A stretch of 38,574 nt of DNA from Candidatus Zixiibacteriota bacterium (GTDB lineage Bacteria; Zixibacteria; MSB-5A5; CAIYYT01). Of the stretch, positions 33,838 to 38,574 are shown piece by piece. The position numbers were made by a program, and so were the translations under genes. Location of the stretch: the NCBI GenBank assembly GCA_040235515.1, contig JBECKX010000210.1:1-38574 (forward strand), read 5' to 3'. The notes below the pieces were generated by a model. It did no database searches, was not told the origin of the DNA, and saw only the letters and a program-made list of their open reading frames with translations. Numbering within the stretch: position 1 is the first letter of the stretch; the number at the start of each line of letters is the position of its first letter.

Positions 33838-34316
33838 TTGTCCCTCACCAACCGCTTCGCCCCACTTACCTTCACGGAGCCGTGATACTCCTCGTTGACA
33901 ATCACAACCGGCGCCATCGCACACGCCCCGACGCAGGCGACGACTTCGAGCGAGAATTTGCCATCTTCGGTGGTTTCGCCCGCTTTGATCCCCAAATGGT
34001 TCGATATCTGATCCAGGATCAGTCCGGCTCCACGAATGTGACACGCCGTACCCATGCAGACGCGCACGACTTTCTCACCCTTCGGGTTGAGGCTGAAAGC
34101 GTTGTAGAAAGTCGCTACCGAGAATACTTTGCTGAGTGGGAGCTGCAGATACTCTGCGGCTTGCTTGAGCGCTTCACAAGGCAGGTAGCGGTACTCCTTC
34201 TGGATATCCTGCAGGATCATGATCAGCGAGGACGCATCCTGTGAATGTCTTTCGAAGATCCCCGTCAATTTCGAAAAGTCATGACTGAGCGCGGGGGATT
34301 GAGTCGTCTGCGTCAT
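33834..34316 (-). CDS. NuoE/HydC-like [2Fe-2S] subunit
   Basis: VATFY, VCMGTACHIRGA, VACVGACAMAPV. Confidence 0.93.
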   Translation of the reverse strand: MTQTTQSPALSHDFSKLTGIFERHSQDASSLIMILQDIQKEYRYLPCEALKQAAEYLQLPLSKVFSVATFYNAFSLNPKGEKVVRVCMGTACHIRGAGLILDQISNHLGIKAGETTEDGKFSLEVVACVGACAMAPVVIVNEEYHGSVKVSGAKRLVRDK

Positions 34317-34879
34317 ACCCTGGCCCCCTGCTGTTTCATCCGTTGTTCGCCCAGCTGATAACTCTCTTCAATAACCTTCAGGTTGATCTCCAGCAGGTCC
34401 TCCTTATGGCCCATTTTCTGGCGCACGATATCTTTCAGACTCTCAAATTTCACTACCTTAGTAGCACCGACAAACACACCCAGCATTACCATGTTGACGA
34501 TTTTGGGGCTCCCCGCCTTGATCGCGATGTCGTTGCCTTCGACCAGTATCTCCGTGATGTCATCCCGCTTCGAGACCAGGTCGATCAGCGATTTGTTTAC
34601 GACGATGATCCCACCCGGTCGGACGCGCGGTGCGAATTTCTCCATCGATGGGCGGTTGAAGACAACCAAACCGCGCGGGGTATTGATGATCGGTGAGCCG
34701 ATGCGTCCCTCGGAGATGACGACCGTGCAATAGGCGGTGCCGCCACGCATCTCAGGTCCGTATGAGGGAATCCATGCAACCTGTTTGCCCTCATGGATGC
34801 CGGTGTACGCGAGCAACTGTCCGGCGGTCATGATGCCCTGCCCGCCGAACCCGGCGAAGGTGACTTCGAACTGCGTCAT
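34313..34879 (-). CDS. 2-oxoacid:ferredoxin oxidoreductase gamma subunit
   Basis: AGFGGQG, PSYGPEMRGGTA, NMVMLG. Confidence 0.93.
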   Translation of the reverse strand: MTQFEVTFAGFGGQGIMTAGQLLAYTGIHEGKQVAWIPSYGPEMRGGTAYCTVVISEGRIGSPIINTPRGLVVFNRPSMEKFAPRVRPGGIIVVNKSLIDLVSKRDDITEILVEGNDIAIKAGSPKIVNMVMLGVFVGATKVVKFESLKDIVRQKMGHKEDLLEINLKVIEESYQLGEQRMKQQGARV

Positions 34880-35664
34880 ACTTCCATCACCTCCGGTGGT
34901 TCTTTGAAAACCCCCAGCGGGTAGTAGGGTGACATCTCACGCTCCAGCCATTTGGTTGACTCGCATGGAGTGAGCCCCCAGTTGGTGGGGCAGGTTGAGA
35001 GCACTTCGACCAGCGAGAAACATCGTCCTTCTACCTGATTTTTGAAGGCACGCCTGATGGCGCGTTTGGCGCGCACGATATTCTGTGGCGTGTGAACGGC
35101 GACGCGTTCGATATAACCCGGTGTCTGCAGGGTAGCGAGCATCTCGCTCATGCGCATTGGCCACCCCGCCGTGTTGACGTCACGACCCTTCGGTGAAGTC
35201 GCGGTCACCTGGCCCGGCATCGTGGTCGGGGCCATCTGTCCACCGGTCATGCCATAGATAGCGTTGTTCACGAAGATCGTCGTAATTTTCTCACCTCGAT
35301 TGGCTGCGTGGATGATCTCGTTCGTACCGATCGAAGCCAGGTCGCCGTCACCCTGGTAAGTAAACAGAATCAACTCGGGTGAGACACGTTTGAGCCCTGT
35401 CGCCAGCGCAGGGGCGCGACCATGGGGGGCTTCCAGAAAGTCGGTGCGGAAGTAGTTGTAGATCAGCACCGAGCAACCAACCGGCGCGACACCAACGGTG
35501 CGTTCGCGGATGCCCAGCTCGTCGATCGTTTCAGCGATCATGCGATGGATAACACCATGCGTACAGCCGGGGCAGTAGTGCGTGACGACATCAGTAAATG
35601 CCTTCGGTCGCGCGAAGGTGATGTTCGGATCAGCTTTCGGATCAGCTTTCAAGTCAATTACCAT
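34876..35664 (-). CDS. 2-oxoacid:ferredoxin oxidoreductase beta (TPP-binding) subunit
   Basis: HYCPGCTHG, PVGCS, HGRA, YQGDGDL, NNAIYGMTGGQMAPT, CPTNW. Confidence 0.94.
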   Translation of the reverse strand: MVIDLKADPKADPNITFARPKAFTDVVTHYCPGCTHGVIHRMIAETIDELGIRERTVGVAPVGCSVLIYNYFRTDFLEAPHGRAPALATGLKRVSPELILFTYQGDGDLASIGTNEIIHAANRGEKITTIFVNNAIYGMTGGQMAPTTMPGQVTATSPKGRDVNTAGWPMRMSEMLATLQTPGYIERVAVHTPQNIVRAKRAIRRAFKNQVEGRCFSLVEVLSTCPTNWGLTPCESTKWLEREMSPYYPLGVFKEPPEVMEV

Positions 35665-35675
35665 CTGTCATCACC

Positions 35676-36827
35676 TCACTTTGCCTTTTTCTTGCCGGCA
35701 GGCTTCTTTGCTTTAGCGGCAGGTTTCTGCGCAGCCGTTTTTGCGGTTTTCTTTGCAGCCGGCTTCGCTTTGAGGAGTTTGAGGATATGCTCCTTCACCT
35801 CTTCCGGTGATGGAACGATACCGCCGGTACGTCCATAGAATTCCACCGGCTTTTTACCAAGTACCGATTTCTGCACATCCTCGAGCATCTGCCCCATACT
35901 CATCTCAACGGTGAGTACCACTTCGATGTTTTTCCGGGCAGCTTCTGCATGGATTTCCTTCTCCGGGAAGGGGAAGAGGCTGATTGGTCTGAGCAGCCCG
36001 ATGCTGATCCCTTCCTCCTCGAGTTCGTCGATCACTGTCTGACAGATGCGCGCCATCGTGCCGTAGGAAATGACCAGCATGCGGTTCTTGCTGCTGACTT
36101 TGTAGTTTTCGTAGCGCACCTCCTCACGCCGCATCTGCTCATATTTCTCCGCCAGAACGAAGCTGTTCTTCTCAAGGGCGTAAGGATCTAGGAAGAGTGA
36201 CTTGGCTATCAACGGCTCGCGATCCTTGCAGCCGACAATCGCCCAATCCTTCGGCGGAAGCGGATCTTCCTTGTACTCATCCGGAAACTCAACCGGCTCC
36301 ATCATCTGCCCGATCATGCCATCACCGATCACCATGACGGGATTGCGATACTTGTCGGCCAGGTGGAACGCCAGCATAGTCAGATCGACGGCTTCCTGCA
36401 CCGTTGACGGCGCCAGCACGAGCAATCGATAGTCGCCGTGACCGCCCCCCTTGGTGGCCTGGAAATAGTCGGACTGCGCCGGGAGGATACCACCGAGCCC
36501 CGGTCCGCCGCGCATGATGTTGATCAACACCACGGGTAATTGCGCACCCGCCATGTAGGAGATCGACTCCTGCATCAGGCTGATCCCGGGCGAGGAGGAG
36601 GAAGTGAACACGCGCTTGCCCGAGGCTGCGCCGCCGAAGAGCATATTGCCAACTGCTACTTCGCTCTCGGCCTGCACGAAGACGCCATCGACTTCCGGTA
36701 AACGTTTTGCAAGGTATTCGCCCACCTCGCTTTGCGGAGTGATAGGATAGGCGAAGTAGTACTTGCCACCGGCCCGGACAGCCGCTTCACCGATGGCTTC
36801 GTTGCCCTTCATCAATATTCTGGTCAT
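35676..36827 (-). CDS. 2-oxoacid:ferredoxin oxidoreductase alpha subunit (VorB/KorA-type)
   Basis: MKGNEA, YPITPQSE, QAESE, TSSSSPGISL, RGGPGLG, GGGHGDY; Lys/Ala-rich C-terminal tail. Confidence 0.94.
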   Translation of the reverse strand: MTRILMKGNEAIGEAAVRAGGKYYFAYPITPQSEVGEYLAKRLPEVDGVFVQAESEVAVGNMLFGGAASGKRVFTSSSSPGISLMQESISYMAGAQLPVVLINIMRGGPGLGGILPAQSDYFQATKGGGHGDYRLLVLAPSTVQEAVDLTMLAFHLADKYRNPVMVIGDGMIGQMMEPVEFPDEYKEDPLPPKDWAIVGCKDREPLIAKSLFLDPYALEKNSFVLAEKYEQMRREEVRYENYKVSSKNRMLVISYGTMARICQTVIDELEEEGISIGLLRPISLFPFPEKEIHAEAARKNIEVVLTVEMSMGQMLEDVQKSVLGKKPVEFYGRTGGIVPSPEEVKEHILKLLKAKPAAKKTAKTAAQKPAAKAKKPAGKKKAK

Positions 36828-36844
36828 AGCTTCCGCCTTACATC

Positions 36845-37078
36845 CTAATAGTCATAGAGCACAAAGCGTGTGCCGTGCATGTGAACTGAGATCGCAGCAT
36901 CGGGACAGGTGATCGCACAGATCTGACAGCCGATGCATCGCGACGGGTCATGGCAGACTGCGTAGAAATAGCCTCGTTTGGTGATGTCCTTCGACATCGA
37001 GAGGATTTCCTGCGGACAGGCTTTCACGCAAAGCTCACAGCCTTTGCAGTAGTTCTTATCTATCGTAACACCCGGCAT
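36845..37078 (-). CDS. 2x[4Fe-4S] ferredoxin, oxidoreductase delta subunit
   Basis: CKGCELCVKACP and CIGCQICAITCPD. Confidence 0.92.
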   Translation of the reverse strand: MPGVTIDKNYCKGCELCVKACPQEILSMSKDITKRGYFYAVCHDPSRCIGCQICAITCPDAAISVHMHGTRFVLYDY

Positions 37079-37116
37079 AGCATCTTCCTTCGCCGTTCAC
37101 GTGACCAGCTCTTGGT

Positions 37117-37860
37117 TCAAAGGTCACGCAATGTAAGTTTAGATTTCTGGCCTTTCTCCCACGGCTTAAGCATCCTGCGCGCCAGGCTGAAGAGCGGCGC
37201 ACCCGCCGATTCGGGATCCATCTTCTCCACCACTTCCGCCATCGCGCTGGCAAACACCAGTGGCAACCCGGTCGCATCGCTCACTTCCCGCGCCAGCTTG
37301 ATCCCCGCGAGCACCGTTTCCGGAGTTGTTTCGCCGATCAGATGCGTGTTGGAGACGATGCCGGTAAACTTCAGCCGGGAAGAGTACTCAATGGCGTGGA
37401 TCATCTTTTGCGTACCCTCCACTGTGGAAGTGAAGGGTCGATTGGCGTTGAGGACCAGCAGGAACTGGTATTGGCGCTGTTCGAAGACATCCACCATCGA
37501 GCCGAGTACGCGAGCGCCAAGGTCATCGCCGCCGACGTCAAGCACCGTCGTGCCCTCTTCCTCCTCAAGCGTCGACCTGATTTGAGGGACAATGATGGGC
37601 AAGTCGGCGTGGCAGTGCTCTCCGAGCGGCATGATAACATTTATGCCATGTTCTTCCATCTCTCCGCGGGCTTCGCGAGATCGGAAGTAGGGATTTACGA
37701 TGTCCAAATCGATGATACTCAGGGGGTGAGACGCAGGGTCTTCGACCAGTTTAAGTGCGTAATTGACAGCAACTTCTGTCTTACCTGAGCCATACGCGCC
37801 GGCGAAGATTATCACCTTCTCCGCGAACGGCTTGATGTTGCTGTCGATCATAGTTATCAC
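37117..37860 (-). CDS. P-loop NTPase (MinD/CobQ-like) associated with 2-oxoacid oxidoreductase operons
   Basis: GAYGSGKTE, DLDIVNPYFRSRE, ADLP, DVGGD..GA, N..RPFT; start GTG 37860 or ATG 37851. Confidence 0.82.
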   Translation of the reverse strand: MITMIDSNIKPFAEKVIIFAGAYGSGKTEVAVNYALKLVEDPASHPLSIIDLDIVNPYFRSREARGEMEEHGINVIMPLGEHCHADLPIIVPQIRSTLEEEEGTTVLDVGGDDLGARVLGSMVDVFEQRQYQFLLVLNANRPFTSTVEGTQKMIHAIEYSSRLKFTGIVSNTHLIGETTPETVLAGIKLAREVSDATGLPLVFASAMAEVVEKMDPESAGAPLFSLARRMLKPWEKGQKSKLTLRDL

Positions 37861-37867
37861 TCACTTC

Positions 37868-37885
37868 ACGTGACTTTTTTCACAA
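37868..37885. promoter_or_regulatory. Rex/CRP-like operator (TTGTGAAAAAAGTCACGT on the minus strand)
   Basis: Near match to TTGTGAA-N4-TTCACAA, located between promoter and start codon. Confidence 0.55.
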
Positions 37886-37911
37886 GTATTCAGACAACTA
37901 TCGTCGCCCTT

Positions 37912-37940
37912 AGTGTATATTATCGGACAACTTTAGTCAA
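37912..37940 (-). promoter_or_regulatory. Sigma70 promoter TTGACT-17-TACACT for the oxidoreductase operon
   Basis: agtcaa at 37935-37940, agtgta at 37912-37917. Confidence 0.6.
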
Positions 37941-38080
37941 GTAATAAACTCAACTTTATTATACATGTTTTCCGGTCTATTTCCAGTCATTTTAGAGATT
38001 TGTGGAAGAGGAGATTCTTCGCATTGAGGACTTCACAAAAATTCAGGCAGACCGCGCAACTGAGCATCACACACTAGAGC

Positions 38081-38100
38081 TTTGTGATTTGCTTCACAAA
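38081..38100. promoter_or_regulatory. Rex/CRP-type palindrome TTTGTGA-TTTGCT-TCACAAA
   Basis: Perfect 7-6-7 inverted repeat in the divergent intergenic region. Confidence 0.7.
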
Positions 38101-38334
38101 TTATTGAGCCTCAGCGACAGATAAAGTCTTGCAGCAGAATAAGAAAGACGACAGGGGACTCCGCAAATACTCTGCGATTTTATCCGCAAACTCAGCTGCG
38201 GGCAAAGTTCGCCAATTTTCCAATCGCCTGTCGTCGTTACCAGTAATATATTGGCACAGTGGGTATTAGGATAGATTCGACCGATATAGAGGCTGTGAGA
38301 ACCGTATCGGCGTAGGCGTTTCAGGGAGAGTCAA

Positions 38335-38574
38335 TTGAGCAAAGTCAAATTCTGTTTCGGAATACATAATCATCAACCGGTCGGTAACTTCGGCTGGGTG
38401 ATCGAAGAAGCTTGGCAGAAATCATACCTCCCCTTCTTGAAGCTGCTGGAGCGAAATGAGTTCTTCCGGATATCGCTGCATTTCACCGGCATCCTCTACG
38501 ATTGGGTCAAACAGAACCATCCCGATGGTCTGGCGCTGATCGGAGATCTGGTTGATCGTGGCCAGGTGGAGTTG
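38335..38574 (+). CDS. Glycoside hydrolase family 57 (alpha-amylase/4-alpha-glucanotransferase), 5' part, truncated by window edge
   Basis: My translation from TTG 38335: MSKVKFCFGIHNHQPVGNFGWVIEEAWQKSYLPFL...SLHFTGIL..W...GQVEL, with the GH57 HxHQP motif; GGAG RBS. Confidence 0.88.
   Translation, partial: MSKVKFCFGIHNHQPVGNFGWVIEEAWQKSYLPFLKLLERNEFFRISLHFTGILYDWVKQNHPDGLALIGDLVDRGQVEL

Noticed and set aside
32965..33885. 306-aa plus-strand ORF antisense to nuoF-like gene (and many similar antisense ORFs)
   Set aside because: Typical antisense shadow of a GC-biased coding strand; no recognisable domain
33838..34044. N-terminal extension of the 711-aa NuoF ORF
   Set aside because: Overlaps the nuoE-like gene in another frame; the ATGA-coupled start at 33837 is more plausible
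30669..34316. Calling the NuoEFG-like genes respiratory complex I, or an [FeFe]-hydrogenase/FDH with selenocysteine read-through
   Set aside because: No membrane Nuo genes, H-cluster or Mo-binding motifs; TGA stops overlap the next starts and downstream frames are separate proteins
35624..35650. 12-bp tandem duplication encoding KADPKADP
   Set aside because: In-frame two-copy microduplication in a variable N-terminus; not a CRISPR or contingency repeat
38250..38270. TTGGCAC as a sigma54 promoter for the GH57 gene
   Set aside because: No GC at the -12 position (TTGC missing)
1..38574. Frequent CGATCG/GATC and scarce CTAG as a methylase or HIP1 signature
   Set aside because: Explainable by ATC/GAT codon usage and the general bacterial avoidance of CTAG; not quantified

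Overview
This is a gene-dense bacterial chromosomal window, and almost all genes lie on the minus strand. The gene content suggests an anaerobic diderm, plausibly from the FCB group (e.g. Zixibacteria-like); that placement is inference only. There are four blocks. (1) A ~14 kb tightly coupled envelope operon (15432->1251) containing a three-component lipid-linked glycosylation set (flippase-like protein, YfhO GT-C, polyprenol-P-sugar synthase), GT2, WecA/MraY-like GT4, accA, Trm112-like, PTS EIIA, mreC-mreD-mrdA-rodA without mreB, an orphan beta-class DNA methyltransferase and wbpB. It is followed by a metallophosphoesterase, and a formyltransferase is transcribed divergently. (2) A Ton/Tol-type motor locus: small TM protein, TPR protein, 4-TM protein, ExbB, two ExbD, then four tandem TonB-C-domain genes with different anchors and no receptor in the window. 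(3) A DinG helicase with a decayed exonuclease-like N-terminus, an FN3-like lipoprotein, citryl-CoA lyase and a putative pseudo-peptidase lipoprotein. (4) An operon with Rex/CRP-like boxes upstream, joining a P-loop ATPase and a four-subunit 2-oxoacid:ferredoxin oxidoreductase to a HydABC/NuoEFG-like module with bifurcating-type signatures but no hydrogenase or FDH catalytic domain, plus a polyferredoxin and a terminator. A GH57 gene starts at the right edge. I saw no rRNA, tRNA, CRISPR array or transposase. All calls are by-eye motif recognition; no searches were run.
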